Program-made: the position numbers and the translations under genes | The notes under the pieces: model-generated | Database searches by the model: none | Told to the model about the DNA's origin: nothing | What the model saw: the letters and a program-made list of their open reading frames with translations, nothing else | Part shown: piece by piece, positions 41,393 to 50,125 of the stretch | How the letters are laid out: every line of letters starts with the position of its first letter | How positions within the stretch are numbered: position 1 is the first letter of the stretch | Assembly (NCBI GenBank): GCA_044344255.1 | Contig: JBIJDH010000003.1 | Span: forward strand, 384,001-448,000 | Source of the DNA: Myxococcota bacterium | Lineage (GTDB): Bacteria > Myxococcota_A > UBA796 > UBA2385 | Reading direction: 5' to 3' | Length of the DNA: 64,000 nt

Positions 41393-42550
41393 ATGAACAG
41401 ACTCTCCCTTCCCCGCACCCTGGCGCTCCTCTGTCTCCCGCTGGGGGGCGGCTGTTCGTACTCCGTGCTCATCGACACCGCGGCCGAGCCCATCCTGAAC
41501 AGCGTCAAGGGGGAGGTCACCTTCGCGGGCGCGGTCGAGCCCGGCCCCGTGATGGTGCTGGTCTTCTCCGCTGACGATCCGCCGCCGCCGATGGGGACGG
41601 GCAAGCCCGTGACCTTCGCCACTGTCCCCGCCGAGTCCTTCACGGATGGGGCGCAGGGCCTGCGCTCGGCCCCCTTCGGAGTCTACGGCATCCCCGACGG
41701 CGACTGGCTCTTCGGCGCGCTGATGGACATGGACGGTGACTTCCAGCCCCTGCTCTCCAGCAACGCCGGCACCACCTGCGGCGACTGGTCCGGGGGTTAC
41801 CCGGCCGACCTCGCCGGCACCTCCGGCCTCATCTCGCTGTCCGGCGGGGAGCTCGTCGATCAAGTGCCGCTGCTCGTCACGCGAGAGGTCAGCACGGAGC
41901 GCCCCGCCTTCCGCTTCGTCGAGGGGGGTGACGTGGTGAAGCGGGAGTACGAGGCCACGACCGACCTCGTCTTCCAGCTCGAGTCCACGGGCGTCGCCTC
42001 GCCCCTCGTCACGCTCGAGGGCCCCTACGATCCGGCTACCGCCGACACCTGCGACACCATGTTCCTCGTCGAGCAGGTGGACGAGGACGGTGACGGCGTC
42101 GCCGATCCCCACTGGGTCGAAGACCTCGCCGTGAACGGACTCAAGAAGACCTGGCCGCGCGTCTATGTTCAGTACCTGGGCGACGGCGCGGTGAAGCTCG
42201 CAGAAGGGGAGAGATACGCCGCTGAGGCTGGGATCTACCCGCTCGGCCCGGATGTGCCCGAGGCGGCCGACGCCGAGATGAACGGCTCCCCGATCCTCCT
42301 CCTCCCGGTGAACACACCCACTCCGTATACACGCCTCGACGTCGCCTTCCTGCCGGGCGCCCGTCATTATCTCCCGGACGGTACCTTGGAGGTCGTGCTC
42401 GGCGCCGACGTCCCCGCGGGCTCCTGGTCGGTCACCGTGGTGGCGAAGTCGGGCCAGACCTGGACCCTGCCGAACGAGACGGCCGGCTACCCCTCGCTCG
42501 ACGCCGCCTTCGATCCGGCCGGACAGGCGGGGGTCGTCGTCGCCGAGTGA
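41393..42550 (+). CDS. Hypothetical acidic lipoprotein linked to the TonB-dependent receptor
   Basis: Signal ending LGGGC. DMDGDF and DEDGDG Ca-binding-like loops. Starts 3 nt after the receptor stop. Confidence 0.75.
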   Translation: MNRLSLPRTLALLCLPLGGGCSYSVLIDTAAEPILNSVKGEVTFAGAVEPGPVMVLVFSADDPPPPMGTGKPVTFATVPAESFTDGAQGLRSAPFGVYGIPDGDWLFGALMDMDGDFQPLLSSNAGTTCGDWSGGYPADLAGTSGLISLSGGELVDQVPLLVTREVSTERPAFRFVEGGDVVKREYEATTDLVFQLESTGVASPLVTLEGPYDPATADTCDTMFLVEQVDEDGDGVADPHWVEDLAVNGLKKTWPRVYVQYLGDGAVKLAEGERYAAEAGIYPLGPDVPEAADAEMNGSPILLLPVNTPTPYTRLDVAFLPGARHYLPDGTLEVVLGADVPAGSWSVTVVAKSGQTWTLPNETAGYPSLDAAFDPAGQAGVVVAE

Positions 42551-42631
42551 GCCTGTCGCGGCGAGCGGGGCTGTCGAGACGAGCGGGGCGCAGGGGTAGG
42601 AGACACGAAGGGAGAGGTTAGGGGGAGGCCC

Positions 42632-45600
42632 ATGCACGCCGCCTCCGCCCTCCTCCGCTCCCGCCCCCAGAGCCTCTTCCTCGACGCCCTTGATGAGCAG
42701 GTGCTCATCTTCGACGGCGCGATGGGCACGATGCTCCACGCTTACGATCTGCCGCTCTCCGACTACTGGGAGCTGGAGAACTGCTCGGAGGTGCTCAACC
42801 TGAGCCGGCCCGATGTGGTGGCGGCCATCCACGCCGCCTACTTTGACGTGGGCGCTGACGTGGTCGAGACCAACAGCTTCGGCGGCTCCCCCCTCGTGTT
42901 GGCCGAGTTCGGCCTCGGCGATCGAGCCTACGAGATCAACCGTCGGGCGGCCGAGATCGGCCGTGAGGTGGCCGATCGGTACAAGGGCGGCCGGCCCCGC
43001 TTCGTCGCCGGCTCGATCGGCCCCGGCACGCGCCTGCCCACCCTCGGCCACACCGACTGGGGCAGCCTCGTAGACGCCTACACCGTCCAGGCGGAGGGCC
43101 TGATCGACGGCGGCGCTGACGTCCTGCTCGTCGAGACCTGCCAGGACATCCTCCAGACCAAGGCCGCCGTCGTCGCCATCGGAGACGCCTTCCTCCGAAA
43201 GGGTCGTCGGCTCCCCGTGATGGCCCAGGTGACGATGGAGACCACCGGCACGATGCTCGTCGGCACCGACATCGCCGCCGCCGCGACCGTGCTCGATGTC
43301 TACGACCACGTCGACATCATCGGCTTGAACTGCGCCACCGGGCCCCTCGAGATGGCCGGGCACGTGGCCTGGCTCGGCCGGCACAGCCGCAAGCGCATCA
43401 GCGTCCTGCCGAACGCAGGCCTCCCGCAGCTCGTGAACGGTCGCCCCTTCTACCCCTTGAGCCCGGGCGAGCTCGCCGACTGGCATGACCGCTTCACCCG
43501 CGATGACGGCGTGGCGATCGTCGGTGGCTGCTGCGGCACGAGCCCGGATCACATCCGAGCGGTGGTCGAGCGGGTGCGCGGCCGCAGGCCCAAGGCCCGC
43601 CACCCGGAGTGGGTGCCCTCGGTCACCTCGCTCTACGGCGCGGTCTCGCTCAAGCAGGACGCCGACATCCTCGCGATCGGCGAGCGGACCAACGCCAACG
43701 GCTCCCGCCAATTCAAGCAGTTCCTCGATCAGCAGAACTGGGACGGCACCGTTCAGATGGGCCGGAACCAGGCCCGCCACGGCTCCCACGCGATCGACGT
43801 CTGCACCGCCTTCGTCGGCCGCGACGAGGTGGCCGACATGGTCGAGGTGGTGAGCCGCTTCCGGGGGGCCGTCAACGCGCCGCTGGTGGTCGACTCCACC
43901 GAGACCCCGGTCATCCGCGCCGCCCTCGAGCTGATCGGCGGAAAGTCGATCATCAACTCCATCAACCTCGAGGACGGGGAGACGAAGGTCGATGAGCTCT
44001 GCCCGCTCGCCAAGCGCCACGCCGCCGCGGTGATCGCGCTGACGATCGATGAGGAGGGTATGGCCAAGACGGTGGAGCGTAAGCTTGAGGTGGCGTCTCG
44101 CCTGTACGACCTCGCCGTGAACCGACATGGGCTGGATCCGGCCGACATCCTCTTCGATCCGCTCACGTTCACCATCTGCACGGGCAACGACGACGACCGC
44201 AAGCTCGGTCTCTGGACCCTGGACGGAATCGAGGCCATCGCCCAGGCCTTCCCGCGCTGCGGCATCCTGCTCGGGCTGTCAAACATCAGCTTCGGCCTCA
44301 AGCCTGCGGCCAGAGAGGTGCTGAACTCGGTGTACCTGTTCCATGCGCGGCAGCGTGGCCTCACGGCCGCGATTGTCCACGCGAGCAAGATCGTCCCGCT
44401 CCACCAGATCGATCCGGCCCGCCGCGAGGCCGCCGAAGACCTCATCTTCGACCGGCGGCGGGAGGGCTACGATCCGCTCCAGGCCTTCATCGGCCTCTTC
44501 ACCGACGAGGACGAACGAAAGAAGGTCAAGGTGCGCGCCGCCGAGGTGGAGGAGCGACTCAAGAACCGCATCATCGACGGTGAGCGCCCCGGCATCGAGG
44601 CTGACCTCAACGAGGCCCTCGGCCGCTACGCGCCCCTCGACATCATCAACACGCTCTTGCTCGATGGCATGCGGGTGGTGGGGGAGCTCTTCGGGTCCGG
44701 CCAGATGCAGCTCCCCTTCGTGCTCCAGTCCGCCGAGACGATGAAGGCCGCGGTCGCCCACCTCGAGCCCCACATGGAGAAGATCGAGGGGCAGTCGAAG
44801 GGGCGGATGATCCTGGCGACCGTGCGCGGTGACGTACACGACATCGGGAAGAACCTCGTCGACATCATCCTCTCGAACAATGGCTACGAGGTGGTCAACC
44901 TCGGCATCAAGCAGCCCATCGACAATATCCTCCGTGCTTACAGAGAGAAGGGCGCAGACGCCATTGGGATGAGCGGGCTGCTCGTCAAGTCCACCGTGAT
45001 CATGAAGGAGAACATGGAGGAGATGCGGCGCCAGGGCATCCGCGTGCCCGTGGTGCTGGGCGGCGCGGCGCTCACCCGCGGCTTCGTGGAGGAGGACTGC
45101 TCGATCGCCTACGGTCAGCGGGTGGCCTATGGTCGCGACGCCTTCGCCGGCCTCGGCTTCATGGACGATCTCAACGAGGCCCGCCGGGGCGGTCGGCCGA
45201 GCCCCTGGACCGACATCGTGGATGGTCGTGCAGGGGGTGCGGCGGCCCCGGCGGTGCACGGTCGCCTCGAACGGCCGCTCCCCGAGCACGAGATCGATAC
45301 CCGACCGGTCGAGCGGCAGAACCCGCCCACTCCGCCCTTCTACGGGGCCCGCGTGGTCGAGAAGATGAGCGTGCGTGCGCTCGTGCCCTTCCTGAATGAG
45401 GACGTGCTCTTCAAGTTCCAGTGGGGCTTCTTGCGGAAGAACCTGAGCCAGGCCGAGCACCAGGAGCAGCTCCGCACGGTGGTCAAGCCGATCCTCGTCG
45501 ACCTGCTCCGGCGGGTGGAGCAGGAGGAGATCTTCCAGCCCCAGGCGGCCTATGGCTGGTTTCGCTGCCGCCCCGAGGGTGACGCCCTGTGGATCGAGCA

Positions 45601-46093
45601 CGAGGGCGAGCGAGTCCGGCTCGCCTTCCCCCGCCAGCGGGCGGTGAACGGGCGGTGTATCGCCGACTACTTCAACCCCGAGGGGGACGTCATCGGCTTG
45701 CTCGCCGTGACCGTCGGGCAGCGCGCCTCCGACGTGGCCCGGGAGTGGTTCGCCGCCAACGACTACCGAAACTATCTCTACCTGCACGGCCTCGGCGTGG
45801 AGCTGGCCGAGGCCCTCGCCGAGAGCATGCACCGCCAGATGCGGGTGGAGCTTGGCATCGCAGGCGATGACCCGCGCGACATCAGCGACCTCTTCCGGGC
45901 GCGTTATCGCGGCCTCCGCTACGCCTACGGCTACCCCGCCTGCCCCGAGATGGCTGACCAGCAGCACCTCCTCCGCCTCCTCGGCGCCGAGCGGATCGGC
46001 CTCAGCATGGACGCCGATGAGCAGCTCCACCCCGAGCAGTCCACGGCGGCCCTGGTCGTCCACCACCCCGCGGCGCGATACTTCCGCGTTTAG
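42632..46093 (+). CDS. metH: Cobalamin-dependent methionine synthase
   Basis: FDGAMGT, GLNCATGP, GGCCGT (Zn), IGERTNANGS (pterin domain), DVHDIGKN (B12 binding) and GYPACP...PEQST. Confidence 0.97.
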   Translation: MHAASALLRSRPQSLFLDALDEQVLIFDGAMGTMLHAYDLPLSDYWELENCSEVLNLSRPDVVAAIHAAYFDVGADVVETNSFGGSPLVLAEFGLGDRAYEINRRAAEIGREVADRYKGGRPRFVAGSIGPGTRLPTLGHTDWGSLVDAYTVQAEGLIDGGADVLLVETCQDILQTKAAVVAIGDAFLRKGRRLPVMAQVTMETTGTMLVGTDIAAAATVLDVYDHVDIIGLNCATGPLEMAGHVAWLGRHSRKRISVLPNAGLPQLVNGRPFYPLSPGELADWHDRFTRDDGVAIVGGCCGTSPDHIRAVVERVRGRRPKARHPEWVPSVTSLYGAVSLKQDADILAIGERTNANGSRQFKQFLDQQNWDGTVQMGRNQARHGSHAIDVCTAFVGRDEVADMVEVVSRFRGAVNAPLVVDSTETPVIRAALELIGGKSIINSINLEDGETKVDELCPLAKRHAAAVIALTIDEEGMAKTVERKLEVASRLYDLAVNRHGLDPADILFDPLTFTICTGNDDDRKLGLWTLDGIEAIAQAFPRCGILLGLSNISFGLKPAAREVLNSVYLFHARQRGLTAAIVHASKIVPLHQIDPARREAAEDLIFDRRREGYDPLQAFIGLFTDEDERKKVKVRAAEVEERLKNRIIDGERPGIEADLNEALGRYAPLDIINTLLLDGMRVVGELFGSGQMQLPFVLQSAETMKAAVAHLEPHMEKIEGQSKGRMILATVRGDVHDIGKNLVDIILSNNGYEVVNLGIKQPIDNILRAYREKGADAIGMSGLLVKSTVIMKENMEEMRRQGIRVPVVLGGAALTRGFVEEDCSIAYGQRVAYGRDAFAGLGFMDDLNEARRGGRPSPWTDIVDGRAGGAAAPAVHGRLERPLPEHEIDTRPVERQNPPTPPFYGARVVEKMSVRALVPFLNEDVLFKFQWGFLRKNLSQAEHQEQLRTVVKPILVDLLRRVEQEEIFQPQAAYGWFRCRPEGDALWIEHEGERVRLAFPRQRAVNGRCIADYFNPEGDVIGLLAVTVGQRASDVAREWFAANDYRNYLYLHGLGVELAEALAESMHRQMRVELGIAGDDPRDISDLFRARYRGLRYAYGYPACPEMADQQHLLRLLGAERIGLSMDADEQLHPEQSTAALVVHHPAARYFRV

Positions 46094-46162
46094 GGGGGCG
46101 CCGAGGCGCGGTCACGCGGTATACTCCCGGCGGTCTCACGGGCCTGCTGTCGTGGAGTATTG

Positions 46163-47434
46163 ATGCGCGCGCTGAAGCTGCGGAAGCTGTTGTGGTCCCC
46201 TGTCCTCGCCCTGGTGGTGTCGGCGCCTGCGCTGGCGGCGGACGGCTCGATCAAGGTCGATCTCAGCAACCTGCCCGGGGAGATCGTGCTCGACGGCTTC
46301 CCGACGGGCCTCCAGTCCCCGGCCACCCTCACGGGCGTGGCGCCGGGCACCCACCGGGTGGAGATCTCCTACGGCTGCGTCACCGGCGGCGTCGATGTGG
46401 ACGTGAAGGAGAGCACCCTCGTCAAGGCCAACATCCAGGTGAAGAACCAAGGGGGAAACGGAACCATCCGCCTCCAGGGCGTCCCCGACTCCGCGACCGT
46501 CTTCATGGATGACGCTCCTATTGAGTCTTTTGAGAAGGGCATCCCGGCCAAGTGCGGCGGGCACCGCCTGATGGTGGAGGCCCCGGGCTACGACAGCTGG
46601 TCTGAGACCGTCACCGTGACCACGGGCAAGTGGACCACCGTGAAGCTGAAGCTGGCCCGAGGTGGGGACGACGAGGCCTCCCCGGTGGTCGCGAAGAAGC
46701 CCGCCGCGAAGCCCGCCGTCCGTCCGCCGCCGGAGCCGGTGGAGGAGGAGATCGAGGCAGAAGAGGAGGAGATCGCCCCCCCCGTCGTCGCCAAGAAGCC
46801 CGCCGCCCGACCGCCGCCCGTGGAGGAAGACCCCGACGCGGAGGAGGACGGCGGCGACGAGGAAGAAGACGTCGCCATCCCCGCTGTTCGCGGCAACTCG
46901 AAGCGGGACGCCGAGCCCGATCGAGCCGAAGACGAGGAGGACGAAGACTTCTCCGCCCCTTCGGTCGCGGCCAAGAAGCCGAGCAAGCCCGCCCGTGAAG
47001 AGCGGCCCGCCCGGGAAGAGGAAGACGAAGGCGACATGGAGGAGCGGCGCCCCGCGAAGGCGCCCCGTGAGAAGCGGGAGCGCCCGGACTGTGAGGGCTG
47101 GTTCTGCCTGGGCAACAGCCGCGCGGGCGCGATCACCGTGGTCACGATCGGCGGCCTCGCAGGCATCGGCGGCTTCACCTACGGCGCGGTCAACGGCCTC
47201 GCCTACCAGGACAAGGTGGGCGCTTACAACACCGCCGTGGCCGAAGAGGGCGCAGACCTCTCCGCGGAGGACGTCACCGCCCTCCAGTCCGCTTACGCCG
47301 GCCCTAAGAAGAAGATGATCGCCGGCTTCGTGATCGGCGGTCTCGGCACGGCCCTCACCGGCGGCTCGATCGGCATCATGCTCGCGACGAACGGCAGCGA
47401 CTCCGGCTCCTTCTCGATGAGCTGGCGCTTCTGA
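46163..47434 (+). CDS. Secreted PEGA-domain protein with charged repetitive linker and hydrophobic C-terminus
   Basis: Signal peptide ending ALA. Two PEGA-like units (GEIVLDG...PGTHRVEI and ATVFMDD...GHRLMVEAPGY). Gly-rich hydrophobic helices and terminal SFSMSWRF. Confidence 0.75.
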   Translation: MRALKLRKLLWSPVLALVVSAPALAADGSIKVDLSNLPGEIVLDGFPTGLQSPATLTGVAPGTHRVEISYGCVTGGVDVDVKESTLVKANIQVKNQGGNGTIRLQGVPDSATVFMDDAPIESFEKGIPAKCGGHRLMVEAPGYDSWSETVTVTTGKWTTVKLKLARGGDDEASPVVAKKPAAKPAVRPPPEPVEEEIEAEEEEIAPPVVAKKPAARPPPVEEDPDAEEDGGDEEEDVAIPAVRGNSKRDAEPDRAEDEEDEDFSAPSVAAKKPSKPAREERPAREEEDEGDMEERRPAKAPREKRERPDCEGWFCLGNSRAGAITVVTIGGLAGIGGFTYGAVNGLAYQDKVGAYNTAVAEEGADLSAEDVTALQSAYAGPKKKMIAGFVIGGLGTALTGGSIGIMLATNGSDSGSFSMSWRF

Positions 47435-48578
47435 GGGCGAGGGCCAGCGGAAGCAGGAGCCAGGCCCCGCGCGCGTGGGGCGGTCGGCCTCCTCCGCAGC
47501 CGCATCCCTTTGGGGTGCGGTCGGCTGCGGCCGGCTCGTCGCCCGCTCCGGCTGGGGGCGTGGTGTCGTCTCCGTCCGCGCCCGGGGTCGCGCTGTCCGA
47601 GTCGCCCCCGCCGGAGTCTCCATCGGCCTCCCCGCCGTCGCCGCCTCCGTCGTCGACGCCCCCGGTGTCGTCGGGGCCGCAGTCGGACAGCGGGTGGTCG
47701 ACGTAGCCGACGCAGGTGAAGGTTGAGACCTGCAGGGGGGATCCCTCCGCGGTGGTCCAGAGATCACCGGCGAGGTCAAAGGCCACCGCCTCGCCGCCAG
47801 ACTCTCCCTCCCGCTGGGGCAGCACGAGCGGCGGCGTCTCCCAGTGGGCGTCGGGCGCGCAGGGATCGGTCTCCCAGACGAGGAGGGAGTCGTAGGTGCG
47901 GACGACGAGCCGCTCCCCCTCGGCGTCCCAGTCGGCGCCGGTGGTCATGAGGTTGCCGGTCAGCCAGTCGGAGAGGTGGAGCGACGCCACCGGCGCGAGC
48001 TCTCCCACCGTCTCCGCCTCGCTCCACGGGGGGAAGCGCCAGACGCCGGACTCGCCGTCCCCCTCCTTGGTGACGAGGTAGACGTCGGCGGTCAGCGGGT
48101 GGACGAAGAGCGACTCGGCGTCATGGGGCTCATCGGGGAAGCTGGCGCGGAGGATGCGCAGGACCGGGGCGCTCTCTCCCTCGGCTGGCTCGGCCACGAT
48201 GAAGACGGCGTCGTAGCCGCGGAGGAGGAAGTTGTCGCCGATGTCGCCGATGTAGAGGCAGCGTTCGCCTGCGGTGGCGATGAGGTCGGCGGGACAGGGG
48301 CCGGCCGCCATGTCCTCCCAGTCGAAGAAGAGCCCGTCCAGCACCGGCTGCTCCTCGAAGAGCGCGCCGTCGAGCGTGAAGGCGTAGACCGAGATCTCGC
48401 CCCCGGAGTCATCGTGGGTGAACCAGACCCCGGGCCGCGTGCGCGAGGCCGCGAGGCCCGAGGACTCGACGCTGAGCGGATCGACGAGCTCCGCCACCAG
48501 GGCGCCGCTCTCGTAGGCCTCGCAGGTGTCGGCCCGCGCGGTGGGCGCCGAGACGGCGATGAGGAGGAGCCCCAGCAC
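47376..48578 (-). CDS. Secreted beta-propeller-like protein with MYXO-CTERM-like sorting tail
   Basis: GTG 48578 signal MLGLLLIAVSAPTARA. ESSGLAAS...THDDSG, DWEDMA, LYIGDIGDN, DAESL and GEAVAF. Tail KGCGC...AWLLLPLALALR. Confidence 0.75.
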   Translation of the reverse strand: MLGLLLIAVSAPTARADTCEAYESGALVAELVDPLSVESSGLAASRTRPGVWFTHDDSGGEISVYAFTLDGALFEEQPVLDGLFFDWEDMAAGPCPADLIATAGERCLYIGDIGDNFLLRGYDAVFIVAEPAEGESAPVLRILRASFPDEPHDAESLFVHPLTADVYLVTKEGDGESGVWRFPPWSEAETVGELAPVASLHLSDWLTGNLMTTGADWDAEGERLVVRTYDSLLVWETDPCAPDAHWETPPLVLPQREGESGGEAVAFDLAGDLWTTAEGSPLQVSTFTCVGYVDHPLSDCGPDDTGGVDDGGGDGGEADGDSGGGDSDSATPGADGDDTTPPAGAGDEPAAADRTPKGCGCGGGRPPHARGAWLLLPLALALRSASSSRRSRSRCRSSRA

Positions 48579-49177
48579 TACTTCTTCCGCTGGAGGACGA
48601 TCGGCTCTTCGCCCACCGGGCCCATCAAGGCGGTCTGGGCGTCGGTGAGGATGAAGAGGAGCTCCTGGTCGGGGGCCCCGGCCTTGCTGGCCCGCACCCG
48701 CACCTGGTTCCCCGACTCGGAGATGAGCTTGTACGACAGCTTGTCGGTCGCGTCGCCGTATCGGGACTGGATGCTCGATGAGGTGATGGTGACGCCGAGA
48801 TCCTTCAGTTCCTCCCAGCTCTTCTTCATGCTCTGGAGCTCGGGGTCCTCCGGGTGCTCCTTCCATTGGCGACGGGTGTCGCCGACCCGCTCCTGGAGGT
48901 CGACGGTCAGCCCCACGGCCTCCATCTGCGACACCGTGGGCTCCTCCCGCTGAAAGGTGAAGTCCATCATCCAGATGAGGGGGGCGCGGGAGACGGGTCC
49001 GAGCAGTCGCCACTCCCCGATCAGGGAGACCGAGGGGCGGGGGGCGGCCGGGCGGAGGACGTCGGGCAGGGGCGCGGCGGGAGCCGGTGCGGCGGTCGCG
49101 CTCCCTGCGCCCAGGCCGAAGGCGACGAGGAGCCCGAACAGCAGGGGTCGGGCCGGGGCGGGCAGGGTGGGGCTCAT
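48578..49177 (-). CDS. Hypothetical secreted protein
   Basis: Signal-like N-terminus, LIGEWRL, typical codon usage. GAGGA upstream. Confidence 0.65.
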   Translation of the reverse strand: MSPTLPAPARPLLFGLLVAFGLGAGSATAAPAPAAPLPDVLRPAAPRPSVSLIGEWRLLGPVSRAPLIWMMDFTFQREEPTVSQMEAVGLTVDLQERVGDTRRQWKEHPEDPELQSMKKSWEELKDLGVTITSSSIQSRYGDATDKLSYKLISESGNQVRVRASKAGAPDQELLFILTDAQTALMGPVGEEPIVLQRKK

Positions 49178-49217
49178 CGCGGGGGTTCCTCTGGCCGGTG
49201 CGTCGGCTCGGGCGGGT

Positions 49218-49769
49218 CTACTGGGGCAGCCGGCTCCCCACAAGCGACAGGTCGATCTCGCAGGGATCGGCGCGCAGGGCGGGGCAGGTGTCCGGGGTGG
49301 GGGCGGCGAGGGAGAGCGTGAGCGCGCCGTCGAGCGTGTCGGCGTCGGGGAAGGCCCAGGCGCCCTGCACGCTGACCTCGACGGAGCAGGCTGGGTACGA
49401 CTCGGCGTCGATCTCGACGTGGAGGGCCTCCGCGCCGCTGATCCCCATCTGCCCGTCCCCCCGATCCTCGAAGGTCACGGTCGACTCTCCGAGCGGATGG
49501 ACGAGCGAGATCGCGTAGCTCTGCGGGAGCACGGACCAGCTCGGCAGCACGACCGGCCGTGACCAGGTGATCGGGTTCCCCGGACCATTCGGCTGGAACA
49601 CGGAGTCGAAGTCGCCGCTCAGGCAGCCGTCGGACACGCCGACGGTCTGGATCTGAAACGAGCCTCCTTCGAAGGTCTCCGGGTCAAAGACATCGTTTGA
49701 TGTGTCTTTATCGGAACCGCAGGCCAAGAGGAGGGCGATCGGAGTCAGGGTGGATAGGAGGCGGGGCAT
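49218..49769 (-). CDS. Hypothetical lipoprotein
   Basis: MPRLLSTLTPIALLLAC lipobox. GGAG upstream of the start. Confidence 0.7.
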   Translation of the reverse strand: MPRLLSTLTPIALLLACGSDKDTSNDVFDPETFEGGSFQIQTVGVSDGCLSGDFDSVFQPNGPGNPITWSRPVVLPSWSVLPQSYAISLVHPLGESTVTFEDRGDGQMGISGAEALHVEIDAESYPACSVEVSVQGAWAFPDADTLDGALTLSLAAPTPDTCPALRADPCEIDLSLVGSRLPQ

Positions 49770-49924
49770 AAAAAAAACTCCACATTCCAGCCTACCAGAG
49801 AAGGTGGTGCTGGTTGAATCTTCCATGGTGTGCGAGAATGTTTGACATGATGCCCACCGGTCAAGGCCGCTTCGGCGCGGCGAGTCCACTCCAACACCGG
49901 AAGGCCCGCTTTCCCGAGGCACCC

Positions 49925-50125
49925 ATGAGCAGCCCCGTCCCGGTTCGATCCGCCCTGCTCGCCCGCTTGCTCCGCGAGGAGGAGGGGACCACGACGATCG
50001 AGTACGGGCTCATCGCCTTTGTTGTGTCCCTCAGCGTGCTGGCCGGCGCCTCGGCCCTCGGCCTGAGCCTCGGTGACGTCTTTCAAGACGTGGACGACGT
50101 GATCCGCGCGGTCTTCTCCGGTTGA
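49925..50125 (+). CDS. flp: Flp/Fap family type IVb pilin
   Basis: LLREEEG|TTTIEYGLI: Gly at -1, Glu+5 and Tyr+6, then a hydrophobic helix. 66 aa. GAGG upstream. Confidence 0.88.
   Translation: MSSPVPVRSALLARLLREEEGTTTIEYGLIAFVVSLSVLAGASALGLSLGDVFQDVDDVIRAVFSG

Noticed and set aside
42551..42631. Cobalamin or SAM riboswitch before metH
   Set aside because: Only 81 nt, with no recognisable B12-box or SAM core.
49770..49924. c-di-GMP or other riboswitch upstream of the flp pilin
   Set aside because: Only a small cUUCGg hairpin near 49866-49881. The GEMM consensus (GGCAAA...GAAA...GACGCAAAG) is absent.
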